Origin: Candidatus Omnitrophota bacterium
GTDB lineage: Bacteria > Omnitrophota > Gorgyraeia > Duberdicusellales > Duberdicusellaceae
DNA length: 64,000 nt
Direction of reading: 5' to 3'
Assembly (NCBI GenBank): GCA_016932855.1
Contig: JAFGCB010000064.1
Location: 1,767 to 65,766 of the forward strand
The notes beneath the pieces were generated by a model. That model was not told the DNA's origin. It was given only the letters and a program-made list of their open reading frames with translations, and made no database searches. Each line of letters starts with the position of its first letter. Positions within the stretch are counted from its first letter, which is position 1. Shown piece by piece: positions 1-9,375 of the stretch. The position numbers and the translations under genes are program-made.

Positions 1-630
1 GCGCCTCAGAGCGAAGATTCAGCCTTTATGCCTCGTAGCCCTTATGCCTGCAGTAAAGTTTATTCCTATTGGATGGCCAAGAACTACCGGGAAGGTTATA
101 ATTTATTCGCCTGCAACGGCGTCGTTTTTAATCACGAAAGCCCCAGAAGAGGCGAAACATTTGTAACCAGAAAAATTACCCGGGCTATTGCTAATATCTT
201 AAAAGGCAACCAAAAAGAACTTTTCTTAGGTAATTTAGACGCGAAAAGAGACTGGGGATTTGCTCCCGAATACGTGGAGGCCATGTATATGATATTGCAG
301 CTTGATACTCCCGGCGATTTTATTATCGGGACCGGAGAGTCTCATTCGGTTAAAGAATTCGTACAGGAAGCTTTTTCTTACGCAGGTTTAGATTGGGAGA
401 AATATGTAAAAATAGATTCCCATTATTTTCGTCCTACCGAAGTAGAAAATCTAATTGCCAATTCTACCAAGGCAAATCAGATATTGGGCTGGGAGCCAAA
501 AATAATTTTTTCTGATTTGGTAAAGATAATGATAGATGCGGATATGCGTAAAGCCGGGCTTACTCCAATAGGCCGGGGAGATAAGATATTGAGCGATAAG
601 TTTCCTAATAAATGGTGGAGCAAAGACTGA
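1..630 (+). CDS. gmd: GDP-mannose 4,6-dehydratase (5'-truncated by window edge)
   Basis: Frame 1 is open from base 1. The C-terminal half matches Gmd hallmarks (…[13 protein letters not shown]…[37 protein letters not shown]…[20 protein letters not shown]…). The stop codon is at 628-630. Confidence 0.85.
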   Translation, partial: APQSEDSAFMPRSPYACSKVYSYWMAKNYREGYNLFACNGVVFNHESPRRGETFVTRKITRAIANILKGNQKELFLGNLDAKRDWGFAPEYVEAMYMILQLDTPGDFIIGTGESHSVKEFVQEAFSYAGLDWEKYVKIDSHYFRPTEVENLIANSTKANQILGWEPKIIFSDLVKIMIDADMRKAGLTPIGRGDKILSDKFPNKWWSKD

Positions 631-1574
631 TGAGTTTTTGGGCCAATCGAAGAGTATTAGTGACCGGAGGAGCCGGTTTTCTAGGCTCATTTGTGGTGGA
701 AAAGTTAAAGCAGAGGGGCTGCGAAGATATTTTTATCCCCCTTATTGAAGATTATAACTTGGTAGAAATCGAGGCCGTAAAGCGCCTCTATCAAGATTCA
801 AAACCCGATATTGTTATTCATTTGGCAGCCCAGGTAGGAGGGATTGGGGCAAATAGAGAAAACCCCGGCAAGTTTTTTTATGATAATCTGATGATGGGCG
901 TTCAGATGATTGAAGAGGCTCGTAAGCGCAGCATAGAAAAATTCGTAGCTATCGGCACTATTTGCGCCTATCCAAAGTTTACGCCTCTTCCTTTTAAAGA
1001 AGAGAATTTATGGGACGGATATCCTGAAGAGACGAACGCCCCTTATGGTTTGGCAAAAAAGATGCTCTTAGTTCAGGCCCAGGCCTACCGCCAGCAGTAC
1101 GGCTTTAATACCATTTATCTTCTACCCTTAAATCTTTATGGCCCGCGGGATAATTTTCATCTTGAACATTCCCATGTTATCGCGGCTTTAATCAGGAAAA
1201 TCCACGAGGCTAAAGAGCAAGGCCGGGATTTTATCCAAGCCTGGGGTACGGGTAAGCCGACAAGGGGTTTTTTGTATGTTGAAGACGCATCCGAAGGGAT
1301 ACTTTTGGCTGCGGCGAAATACAACAAGTCCGCTCCGGTTAATCTAGGAAGCCCTATTGAAATATCAATAAAAGATTTAGCCGAGCTGATTTGTAGGCTT
1401 ATGGATTTTAAGGGCCATATCCGCTGGGATACTTCAAAACCCGATGGCCAGCCCCGGCGATGTCTGGATGTAGAGAGGGCTTATAAGGAATTCGGCTTTA
1501 AGGCTAAAATTGGCCTTGAAGAAGGCCTTAAGAAGACTATCGAGTGGTATGAAGCGCATCCTGTGTCTTATTAA
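630..1574 (+). CDS. fcl: GDP-L-fucose synthase (GDP-4-keto-6-deoxymannose 3,5-epimerase/4-reductase)
   Basis: Extended-SDR fold with [12 protein letters not shown]…, YxxxK (PYGLAKK) and [11 protein letters not shown]…SHVI motifs typical of Fcl/WcaG. The ATG at 630 overlaps the gmd stop (TGATG) and has a GGTGGAG SD-like upstream. An alternative in-frame ATG lies at 612. Confidence 0.8.
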   Translation: MSFWANRRVLVTGGAGFLGSFVVEKLKQRGCEDIFIPLIEDYNLVEIEAVKRLYQDSKPDIVIHLAAQVGGIGANRENPGKFFYDNLMMGVQMIEEARKRSIEKFVAIGTICAYPKFTPLPFKEENLWDGYPEETNAPYGLAKKMLLVQAQAYRQQYGFNTIYLLPLNLYGPRDNFHLEHSHVIAALIRKIHEAKEQGRDFIQAWGTGKPTRGFLYVEDASEGILLAAAKYNKSAPVNLGSPIEISIKDLAELICRLMDFKGHIRWDTSKPDGQPRRCLDVERAYKEFGFKAKIGLEEGLKKTIEWYEAHPVSY

Positions 1575-1650
1575 GAGTAGCCACAGAGGTTAAGGCGTAA
1601 GGTAAAGGCATCTGAGGATTTGAGCAGGTAAAAAACACATGAGGTAGCTT

Positions 1651-2586
1651 ATGAACAGTATATTAGTTACAGGCGGAGCCGGTTATATCGGTTCGGTTAT
1701 GGTGCCGTATTTGTTAGAGAATAATTACCGGGTGACTGTAATCGATAATTTCATGTATAACCAGGCTTCTCTTTTGGATTGTTGTTACCATAATCAGTTA
1801 AAGGTTATACGAGGGGATGTGCGCGACAGAGAGTTGTTAAAAGAGGCGCTTAAGACAGCAGATTTTATACTTCCGTTTGCTTGTTTGGTCGGTGCTCCCT
1901 TGTGTCTAAAGAGGCCTAGCGAGGCAGAAGCGGTAAATCGCGATGCCATAGAAGACATTTTGCGACTGCGAAGCAGAAGTCAGCGGATTATCTTTCCTAC
2001 TACAAATAGCGGCTACGGCATAGGCCAAGACGATGTTTATTGCACTGAGGAGACTCCTCTTTGTCCCATCTCTTTATATGGCAAGCTTAAAGTCGAGGCG
2101 GAAAAGATACTTTTAAATTCAGGTAATGTTATTACCTTGCGTCTGGCTACTGTCTTTGGTATAAGCCCCCGGATGAGGCTTGATCTCTTAGTTAATGATT
2201 TTGTATACCGGGCTGTGCGGGATAATTATATAGTTCTTTTTGAGTCTCATTTCAAGCGAAACTATATTCATATACGGGATGTTGCCAGGGCGGTCTTGCA
2301 TTGCATAAATAATTTCAACAGCATGAAGGATGAGCCCTATAATCTAGGTTTAAGCGATGCTAATCTTTCGAAGCTTGAGCTTTGTCAAGAGATAAGAAGG
2401 CACATAACTACTCTACAGATCATGGAATCGTCAGTGGGTCGGGATCCCGATAAAAGAAATTATATAGTTAGTAACGCAAAGATTGAAAGGACCGGCTTTA
2501 AGCCGCAATTTAGCTTATCGGCGGGTATTGCCGAGCTAATAAAAGGGTACCAGATTATAAGAAATAATTCTTTCACTAATGTTTAA
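1651..2586 (+). CDS. NAD-dependent sugar epimerase/dehydratase (extended SDR)
   Basis: ILVTGGAGYIGS Rossmann motif; YGKLK catalytic YxxxK; ~310 aa extended-SDR length. The substrate is not inferable. Confidence 0.7.
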   Translation: MNSILVTGGAGYIGSVMVPYLLENNYRVTVIDNFMYNQASLLDCCYHNQLKVIRGDVRDRELLKEALKTADFILPFACLVGAPLCLKRPSEAEAVNRDAIEDILRLRSRSQRIIFPTTNSGYGIGQDDVYCTEETPLCPISLYGKLKVEAEKILLNSGNVITLRLATVFGISPRMRLDLLVNDFVYRAVRDNYIVLFESHFKRNYIHIRDVARAVLHCINNFNSMKDEPYNLGLSDANLSKLELCQEIRRHITTLQIMESSVGRDPDKRNYIVSNAKIERTGFKPQFSLSAGIAELIKGYQIIRNNSFTNV

Positions 2587-2616
2587 CATACGATTATTAT
2601 GCAGGATAGAGGTAGT

Positions 2617-3702
2617 ATGAAAATTCCCTGGGCAAAGCCTTATATCGGTCGTTCCGAACTTGAGGAAGTCAAGGCTTGCTTTGACCGTAGCTGGCTTTCT
2701 ATGGGGCAGAAGGTCGAGGAATTAGAAGAATTTGCTTCGGGTATCGTTGGTTCTTCATACGGGGTAGCTGTTAATTCCGGTACTGCTGCTTTGGATATTG
2801 CTTTAAAGCTTATAGGAGTTGGTCCCGGGGATGAAGTTATTGTTCCTGCTTTAGCTTATATCGCTACGGCAAATGCCGTGCTTTACCAGCAGGCTAGGCC
2901 TGTCTTTGCCGATATCGATGAAAAGAGTTACTGTATTTGTCCCAAATCAGTTGAACATAATATTACCGATAAGACTAAAGCCGTGATCGCTATAGATTAT
3001 GCCGGCCAGGCTCCGGACTATAACGCTTTAAGAGATGTTTTGGGAAAAAGAGGTATTTTTTTAATTGAAGATGGCGCTCCGGGATTAGGTGGCAGTTATC
3101 GAGGAAAGCCTCTTTGTTCAAGAGGTGATGTAAGTATAACCAGCTTTCATATGGCCAAGATATTTACCTCGGTTGAGGGTGGTATGCTTTTTACCGATAA
3201 ACAGCAGTGGGACGCAGTAGCTAGGATGATTCGTTCACAGGGGGAAGACCCTTCGCTAAAATATCACCATCCTGTTTTGGGTCATAATTACAGAATGAGC
3301 GATATATACGCGGCAATAGGCTTAGAACAGCTTAAAAGATTCGATGCTGTCCTAAATAAAAGGGCGGTTTTAGCTCAGCACTATTCGCAGGGCCTTTCAA
3401 GCCTTAATTCAATGGTTTTACCTAGAGTTCTGGACGGCAATAAACATGCCTGGTTTCTTTATCCGGTTTTAGTTTCTGACCGGGATAAAATCGCTGCCTT
3501 GCTTAAAGCTGAAGGCATAGAGACTAATATATCCTGGCCAATGCCGGTATATGAACAAAAGATTTATAAACAATATTTCAAAGAGGAATGTTCCGTAGCC
3601 AAGAGGATTACCCAGACTGTACTGTGTCTTCCGATTTATTATGAAATGACCGAGGATGAACAGGATTACGTGATTGATACTCTTGTAAGCCTTTTACGAT
3701 AA
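2617..3702 (+). CDS. DegT/DnrJ/EryC1/StrS-family PLP sugar aminotransferase
   Basis: WLSMGQKVEELE…NSGTAALDIAL… and a conserved lysine region (SFHMAKIFTS); ~360 aa. The start at 2617 has a GAGGT SD upstream. An upstream in-frame ATG at 2599 is an alternative. Confidence 0.75.
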   Translation: MKIPWAKPYIGRSELEEVKACFDRSWLSMGQKVEELEEFASGIVGSSYGVAVNSGTAALDIALKLIGVGPGDEVIVPALAYIATANAVLYQQARPVFADIDEKSYCICPKSVEHNITDKTKAVIAIDYAGQAPDYNALRDVLGKRGIFLIEDGAPGLGGSYRGKPLCSRGDVSITSFHMAKIFTSVEGGMLFTDKQQWDAVARMIRSQGEDPSLKYHHPVLGHNYRMSDIYAAIGLEQLKRFDAVLNKRAVLAQHYSQGLSSLNSMVLPRVLDGNKHAWFLYPVLVSDRDKIAALLKAEGIETNISWPMPVYEQKIYKQYFKEECSVAKRITQTVLCLPIYYEMTEDEQDYVIDTLVSLLR

Positions 3703-3713
3703 CGGGGGAGTGT

Positions 3714-4796
3714 ATGGCGGATAGCCAAGGAAATACGATTACAATAGGTGGCAGGATTGTGGGCGAGGCAGAGCCGGTATTTATCATTGCCGAGGCAGGA
3801 GTTAATCACAACGGAGATATTGAATTAGCCAAGAGACTCGTAGATATCGCAAAAGAATCTGGAGCTGACGCCGTAAAGTTTCAGACTTTTAAAACCGAGA
3901 ATATCATTATCCCCAGCGCTCCTAAATCAACCTACCACATTGAAACTACAGGCGCAGAACAGTCCTGGTTTGAGCTTTTGAAGACCCAAGAATTAGACAA
4001 AAAGGCCCACCGGATATTATTTGAATATTGCAAAAAAAGAGAGATTGTATTTCTTTCGACTCCTTACGATGAGGAAAGTGCTGATTTATTGGAGGAGCTG
4101 CCGGTTTCCGCCTTTAAAGTCGCTTCTACCGACGCGAATAATATCCCTTTTTTAAGATACTTGGCACGGAAAAGACTTCCTATTATTTTGTCTACGGGGA
4201 TGTGCACTCTTGGGGAGGTTAGAGAAAGCGTGGAAGCAATAAAAAGCGAAGGTTGTCAGGATTTGATGCTCTTACATTGTACCGCTGACTACCCGGCCAA
4301 GCTAGAAGACGCCAATCTTCGGGCTATGTTGACACTAAAGAATGAATTTAATCTGTTAGTAGGCTATTCTGACCATATTCCAGATTGTATCAATCCTATT
4401 GCGGCAACAGCTTTAGGAGCGCGGGTGTATGAAAAACATTTTACCTTGGATAAAAGCCTGCCGGGGCCAGACCACAGAGCGTCCTTAAACCCTAAAGAGT
4501 TGAAAGAATTAGTAGATAGTATAAGGAAGACAGAAGCGGCCCTTGGTTCTTCCGTGAAAAAGTGTACTTCTGCAGAGCAAGAAAATAGAATAAAACTGCG
4601 AAAAAGCATTTTAACTAAGGTAGATATCCCTAAAGATACCCCAATTGATAGTTCTATGATAGAGATTAAAAGGCCGGGTTTTGGATTGGAACCAAAATAT
4701 TATCATTCACTTATAGGCAAAAAGGTCCGTAATTCGCTAAGTTCCCATGCTCCTATTACCTATAACGATATTATATGGGAGGATTTGGATGAATAG
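3714..4796 (+). CDS. NeuB-family nonulosonic acid synthase (sialic/legionaminic-acid-synthase-like) with C-terminal SAF domain
   Basis: N-terminal PVFIIAEAGVNHNGD…GADAVKFQTF… and HCTADYP… motifs of the NeuB/PseI/LegI TIM-barrel; C-terminal SAF-like tail. A GGGGGAG SD precedes the ATG. Confidence 0.8.
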   Translation: MADSQGNTITIGGRIVGEAEPVFIIAEAGVNHNGDIELAKRLVDIAKESGADAVKFQTFKTENIIIPSAPKSTYHIETTGAEQSWFELLKTQELDKKAHRILFEYCKKREIVFLSTPYDEESADLLEELPVSAFKVASTDANNIPFLRYLARKRLPIILSTGMCTLGEVRESVEAIKSEGCQDLMLLHCTADYPAKLEDANLRAMLTLKNEFNLLVGYSDHIPDCINPIAATALGARVYEKHFTLDKSLPGPDHRASLNPKELKELVDSIRKTEAALGSSVKKCTSAEQENRIKLRKSILTKVDIPKDTPIDSSMIEIKRPGFGLEPKYYHSLIGKKVRNSLSSHAPITYNDIIWEDLDE

Positions 4797-5526
4797 GCTT
4801 CCGGAGCAATTTAAAAACTCTGGCTTTGAAGATAAGATTAAAGCTGTAAGAAGTTTAGAAGCTCAACGAGATCATCAAGGTGACATGTATAAAAAACCGC
4901 TCAATGCAAAAAGAAGAGAAATGATTAAAAGCTTATTAAAGGAATTTGTGAAGCAAAAGAAATTTATGGAGATTGGATGTGCGGAAGGGTTTTATTGCGG
5001 ATGTGCGGCAGAATATGGCGCCCTAAGCGTTACGGGAATAGACCTTGTGGCTAAAAAGCTCAATGAGGCTAAGAGAAGATACCCGGGATGCAAGTTTGCC
5101 TTAGCAGATGCTACAAAAATTGCGATAGATGACGATAAATTTGACCTGATATTATGTTCAGAGGTTCTTCAGCATTTAGTAGATTATGACGAATGTTTAA
5201 ATCGAGCGTGCGGGTTATTGAAACCCGGAGGTATTTTAGTTATATCCGTGCCTAATCTTTCTCTTTCTAGCGAGCATGAATTTGCCAATGTCTCTGAGGA
5301 TATGGAACCAGAGGAGCTACTCCATGAGATTGGAGGAGCCAGTTATGGGAAGCAAAACGCGCTCTGGAAGTTTAACACAGAAAAATTAAGTGAAGAAATA
5401 AGTTCGAACTACCCGTTGCAATTGATTGATTTTATAAAAGTTGGAGCACCACCCCTTAAGCATCAAACAGCAGCCCAGGCTGAAAATATTTTTACTATTC
5501 TCGTTTATAAACGGCGGTCAGACTGA
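4789..5526 (+). CDS. class I SAM-dependent methyltransferase
   Basis: MEIGCAEGFY… glycine-rich SAM motif I and an acidic motif II (DLILCSEVLQH). The internal ATG at 4789 overlaps the upstream stop by 8 nt. The longer ORF from 4747 would run deep into the neuB-like gene. Confidence 0.6.
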   Translation: MNRLPEQFKNSGFEDKIKAVRSLEAQRDHQGDMYKKPLNAKRREMIKSLLKEFVKQKKFMEIGCAEGFYCGCAAEYGALSVTGIDLVAKKLNEAKRRYPGCKFALADATKIAIDDDKFDLILCSEVLQHLVDYDECLNRACGLLKPGGILVISVPNLSLSSEHEFANVSEDMEPEELLHEIGGASYGKQNALWKFNTEKLSEEISSNYPLQLIDFIKVGAPPLKHQTAAQAENIFTILVYKRRSD

Positions 5527-5546
5527 TATTCAAAATATTTAATTCT

Positions 5547-6410
5547 ATGTCGGTTTTTGTATCAACGACATTTATGCCTAGTCAAAGCCCGGTAAGGCAG
5601 GCAATTGGTATGCTTAAGAGTATAGGTGTTTGTAATATCGAATTAGGTTCTATCCATTGTTACGAAGAAGGCTTGATTTCTTTTCTTAAACAACAAGGCA
5701 GTAATTACCTTATGCATAATTTCTTTCCGCCTCCCCAAGAACGCTTTATATTAAACATCGCTTCGGTTGATGAAGGGGTGCGTAGAAAGAGCCTTGACTT
5801 TATTCGAAATTCAGTTGATGTGGCCGAAGAGATTGGTTGCCGGATATACACAATTCATCCGGGGTTTATTTCTGATCCCGAAGCTGAGAGTGCTTCTTTG
5901 GACAATTATGATTTTCAGTTTGCCTCAAGTACCCTTTCTAAAGAGCTGCGGCAGAAGTCATGGGATAATTTCTTTGCTTCGTTGATAGATATTTCTTTTT
6001 ATGTCAAGGGCAAGAAGATAACAGTAGCTCTAGAGACCCAAGGGTCGGTTTCCAAGAAGGATTTTATGCTTTTTTCTACCCTTAAGGATTTTTTTTCTTT
6101 TCTAAACGATAGCCGAGCCGATAACATCGGCGTTAATCTTAACCTGGCGCATCTGAATCTTTCTTCAAAGGCCTGGGGGTATGATATGTTTAGGGCAATA
6201 GATATGCTAAAGCCGAGGATAAAAGCGGTTGAAGTAAGCCACAGCGATAGTTCAAGAGACAGCCATCAGGCTTTAGCTAAAGATGGATGGTATATAGACT
6301 TATTAAGGGATGATTTTTTTAAAACCGTTGCAGTTATTTTTGAAGGGCGTGATTTATCCTTGACTAAAGTAGAACAATCATATCAAATTTTAAACGATGT
6401 CTGTGGATAA
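5547..6410 (+). CDS. sugar phosphate isomerase/epimerase (xylose-isomerase-like TIM barrel)
   Basis: ~287 aa. The pattern of conserved acidic/His residues (…IHPGF…, …ALETQG…, …NLNLAHL…) resembles the AP-endonuclease-2/xylose-isomerase-like fold. This is a weak family-level call. Confidence 0.45.
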   Translation: MSVFVSTTFMPSQSPVRQAIGMLKSIGVCNIELGSIHCYEEGLISFLKQQGSNYLMHNFFPPPQERFILNIASVDEGVRRKSLDFIRNSVDVAEEIGCRIYTIHPGFISDPEAESASLDNYDFQFASSTLSKELRQKSWDNFFASLIDISFYVKGKKITVALETQGSVSKKDFMLFSTLKDFFSFLNDSRADNIGVNLNLAHLNLSSKAWGYDMFRAIDMLKPRIKAVEVSHSDSSRDSHQALAKDGWYIDLLRDDFFKTVAVIFEGRDLSLTKVEQSYQILNDVCG

Positions 6411-6465
6411 AAAGGATTCTTTATTGTCTGAGAAGAGGCTCGAACATAAAGAGGAAGAGCTTAAT

Positions 6466-7848
6466 ATGAAAGCGCGAAAGAAGAGGATTATTTTGCCTCA
6501 GAAGGCTAGCATAAAGGAAGTAATGGATACGATTAACCAGGTACCTTTGGGGCTTGTGGTTTTGACCGATGATGATAAGGTTCTTAAGGGAGTCGTTACC
6601 GATGGCGATATCCGAAGAGGTCTACTTGATGGTATTTGTCTTGATGAGCCGATAGAAAGAGTTATGAACACAAGCCCGGTTGTTGTGCGTAGGGGATATA
6701 GCAGTAACGAGATACTTCGTATGTTTAGTGAGCAGATAAGACGTATTCCTGTGGTTGATGAAGAGAACCGGGTCGTGGATATTGTGTTCTACGAAGAATT
6801 TCGCAATCTGCATAAAGGCGAGAAAAAAGTTATTGTTCGAGGCAGGGCTCCTCTTCGGATAAGTTTTGCCGGAGGCGGTACCGACGTAAATCCCTACATC
6901 GAAACCCGAGGTGGAGTGATATTAAGTACCACTATAAATAAGTATTGTTTTGTGACTTTGGAGAAGCGAACCGATAAAAAAATTACCATTCATTCGAGCG
7001 ATTACAATCTTACGGTTGAATCCGAAAATCTTGAAGATTTAAAGTACGATGGAGAATTAGATCTTATAAAGGCGGTTATAAAATTAATGCATCCTTCTTT
7101 TGGTATGGATCTATGTCTTTATTGCGACGTTCCTCCTGGTTCCGGCCTGGGAGGTTCAGCGGCAGCGGCAAGTGTTACCGCCGGTGTTTTAAATCATCTG
7201 CGCCATAACAAACTTGATGAATATCAATTGTCTGAACTGGCATTTCAAGCTGAGCGGGTAGAACTTGGAGTAGCCGGTGGCTGGCAGGATCAGTATGCGG
7301 CCGTATTCGGCGGTTTCAATTTTATGGAATTTAAGAAAGAAGATGTTATCGTCCATCCTTTAAGGATTAAAGAAGATATTCTCAATGAATTAGAATCGAG
7401 CTTACTTATCTGTTTTACCGGCAAGACGAGAAATTCAGGCCGGATAGTTGAATCCCAGACAAAGTCATATCTTTCGAATAAGATGGTTGTGGTTGACGCT
7501 TTACTTAAAACCAGTGATTTTGCCATTCAGATGAAGAATACTCTTTTGAAAGGTAACCTTATTAAATTCGGCAAGCTTCTGCATCAGGCCTGGCTAGTCA
7601 AGAAGAAATTCGACAGTAAAGTCTCCGACCCTTTCATCGATAGCCTTTATGAAGCCGGGATAAGCGCCGGGGCCATAGGCGGGAAGATCTTAGGGGCAGG
7701 CGGAGGCGGATATATTCTATTTTTCTGTCCGCATTTAAAGAAAATCGCTATAGCCAAAGCCTTGGAAGAGGCCGGAGGAAAGATCATGAATTTTAATTTT
7801 GATTTTCGCGGTCTTCAAACCTGGATGGTTCAATGCCATGATGAATAA
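6466..7848 (+). CDS. CBS-pair domain fused to GHMP-family sugar kinase (heptose-7-P-kinase-like)
   Basis: The N-terminal ~120 aa look like a CBS pair (…PVVDEENRVVDIV…). A GHMP kinase follows (APLRISFAGGGTDV…, PPGSGLGGSAAAASV, GAGGGGY glycine-rich C-terminus). The start at 6466 has a GGAAGAG SD upstream. The longer ORF from 6397 lacks an SD. Confidence 0.7.
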   Translation: MKARKKRIILPQKASIKEVMDTINQVPLGLVVLTDDDKVLKGVVTDGDIRRGLLDGICLDEPIERVMNTSPVVVRRGYSSNEILRMFSEQIRRIPVVDEENRVVDIVFYEEFRNLHKGEKKVIVRGRAPLRISFAGGGTDVNPYIETRGGVILSTTINKYCFVTLEKRTDKKITIHSSDYNLTVESENLEDLKYDGELDLIKAVIKLMHPSFGMDLCLYCDVPPGSGLGGSAAAASVTAGVLNHLRHNKLDEYQLSELAFQAERVELGVAGGWQDQYAAVFGGFNFMEFKKEDVIVHPLRIKEDILNELESSLLICFTGKTRNSGRIVESQTKSYLSNKMVVVDALLKTSDFAIQMKNTLLKGNLIKFGKLLHQAWLVKKKFDSKVSDPFIDSLYEAGISAGAIGGKILGAGGGGYILFFCPHLKKIAIAKALEEAGGKIMNFNFDFRGLQTWMVQCHDE

Positions 7849-8584
7849 AGTACCAATTCTTATTCTTGCCGGAGGCCTGGGCACAAGACTTAAGGCCTTA
7901 GTGCCTGATATACCTAAGCCTATGGTTGCCTTTAGGGGTAAGCCTTTTCTTGAGTATCAGATAGAGTATGTAAAGAATAAGGGTTTGGATAATATTATTC
8001 TTTGTATTTCTCATTTAAGAGACTCTATCATCGATTATTTTAAAGACGGCAAAGAACAGGGAGTTAGTCTTAGATATTCAATCGAGCCACAGCCTTTAGG
8101 TACGGCTGGAGCGATAAAGAAAGCGGCTGAAAGCTTCGATTTGCCCGATTATTTTTTTGTAATAAACGGAGACACTTTCGTTGAATGGCAGCCGAGCAAG
8201 CTTCTTAGAGTCTTTTTAAAGACAAAATCAAAGATAGTTCTTGGGCTTAGCCGGGTTTCCGGCCGGGATGTATCAAGGGTTGAGACGGCAGATGACGGTA
8301 AGATAATCTTTTATAAAGAAAAAGCTTTAGTTGCCTCTAAAGCAGCAAAAGCGGCTTATTCAGGCGCCGGCGTCTATGTTATAGCCAGGGATTTATTTAA
8401 GCTATGGCCTGAAAAGAGGCTTTCGCTGGAGTATGATTGTATCCCCAGATTAGTTTCCCAGGGCAGGGCTTACGGCCTTCTCCTCGATTCAGAGGTTTAT
8501 GATATAGGCACGCCCGAGAGGCTTAAAGTCTTTGAACGGTTTTTAGTTTCTCAGAGGGACGGGATTTTGTCATTTAGAAGATAG
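7838..8584 (+). CDS. sugar-1-phosphate nucleotidyltransferase
   Basis: ILAGGLGTRLK…PKPMV signature of NDP-sugar pyrophosphorylases; ~248 aa. The ATG overlaps the upstream stop. The ORF extends upstream to 7799 but that part lies inside the kinase gene. Confidence 0.7.
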   Translation: MMNKVPILILAGGLGTRLKALVPDIPKPMVAFRGKPFLEYQIEYVKNKGLDNIILCISHLRDSIIDYFKDGKEQGVSLRYSIEPQPLGTAGAIKKAAESFDLPDYFFVINGDTFVEWQPSKLLRVFLKTKSKIVLGLSRVSGRDVSRVETADDGKIIFYKEKALVASKAAKAAYSGAGVYVIARDLFKLWPEKRLSLEYDCIPRLVSQGRAYGLLLDSEVYDIGTPERLKVFERFLVSQRDGILSFRR

Positions 8585-8632
8585 AGCGTTTTTAAGCTTT
8601 ACCCGGCTTAAGGCAAAGAAAAGGCGTTTTTT

Positions 8633-9373
8633 ATGAAAGTGGTATTAATAATTCAGGCCAGGATGGGTTCAACCAGACTTCCGGGAAAATCAATGCTTGA
8701 TTTGGCCGGCGCTCCTTTAATCGCCAGGCTCATCGAACGGGTAAAAAGAGCCGGTGGTCTCGAGGCGATTGTCTTAGCCACGACTGTTAAAACCCAAGAC
8801 GATGTGCTTAAAAGGATAGCCGATGATTACGGCATTTTTTCTTTTCGAGGCTCGGAGAATGACCTTGTTGACCGTTATTATCAAGCAGCCAAGGTTTTCA
8901 AGGCGGATATTATCGTCCGCCTGCCGGGTGATAACCCGGTTGCGGAGCCCGGAGAAATTGACCGGATTATTGAATATCATAGAAAAGGCTTAAGTGATTT
9001 TTCTTCTAATATTATGCAGGTAGATAACAACGGTTATCCTGACGGTATCGGCGCCGAAGTTTTTAACTTTGAAGTTTTAGAGGATGTCTGGCGCCGGGGT
9101 GGTAATCCTAGCCAGCGAGAGCACCTTGCTACGAATTTCTATGATTACTTCTCCCAGAAGGCCGTATATCCTTACAGGTATAGAATAGGTACAGTAGAGT
9201 GTCCGCAGAGTTTCAGGCGTCCGGATTTGAAGTTAGATGTAAATACCGCAGAAGAATATGAGTTTATGCGTAATTTATATGAGTATTTATATTCCCGAAA
9301 TCCTCAGTTTCATATAACTGATATTATAAAATGGTACGATGAAATATTTATAAAACAAAGCCTAAGGAGATGA
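8633..9373 (+). CDS. CMP-nonulosonate (acylneuraminate) cytidylyltransferase family, SpsF/NeuA/LegF-like
   Basis: IIQARMGSTRLPGK… N-terminal motif of the CTP_transf_3 family; ~246 aa. Confidence 0.7.
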   Translation: MKVVLIIQARMGSTRLPGKSMLDLAGAPLIARLIERVKRAGGLEAIVLATTVKTQDDVLKRIADDYGIFSFRGSENDLVDRYYQAAKVFKADIIVRLPGDNPVAEPGEIDRIIEYHRKGLSDFSSNIMQVDNNGYPDGIGAEVFNFEVLEDVWRRGGNPSQREHLATNFYDYFSQKAVYPYRYRIGTVECPQSFRRPDLKLDVNTAEEYEFMRNLYEYLYSRNPQFHITDIIKWYDEIFIKQSLRR

Positions 9374-9375
9374 TT

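Noticed and set aside
612-629. Upstream ATG (612) for fcl
   Set aside because: It has no Shine-Dalgarno-like sequence, whereas the ATG at 630 has GGTGGAG upstream and gives the canonical Fcl N-terminus. It is kept as an alternative only.
451-690. All minus-strand ORFs in the track (60-183 aa), for example 451-690, 4364-4609, 11640-12191, 13210-13545, 17882-18208, 35703-36032, 52135-52614, 61928-62257
   Set aside because: Every one lies entirely inside a well-supported + strand gene with recognisable family motifs. Their translations are low-complexity or Arg/Ser/Leu-rich with no recognisable domains. They are typical antisense shadow ORFs.
5767-5985. Small same-strand ORFs nested in other frames of real genes (5767-5985, 19811-20011, 26607-26804, 27341-27724, 28088-28282, 28541-28723, 29207-29410, 29754-29936, 41067-41393, 41860-42081, 42672-42860, 49490-49702, 62314-62508)
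   Set aside because: They are overlapped entirely by longer ORFs with clear homology-type motifs and have no start-site support or recognisable domains.
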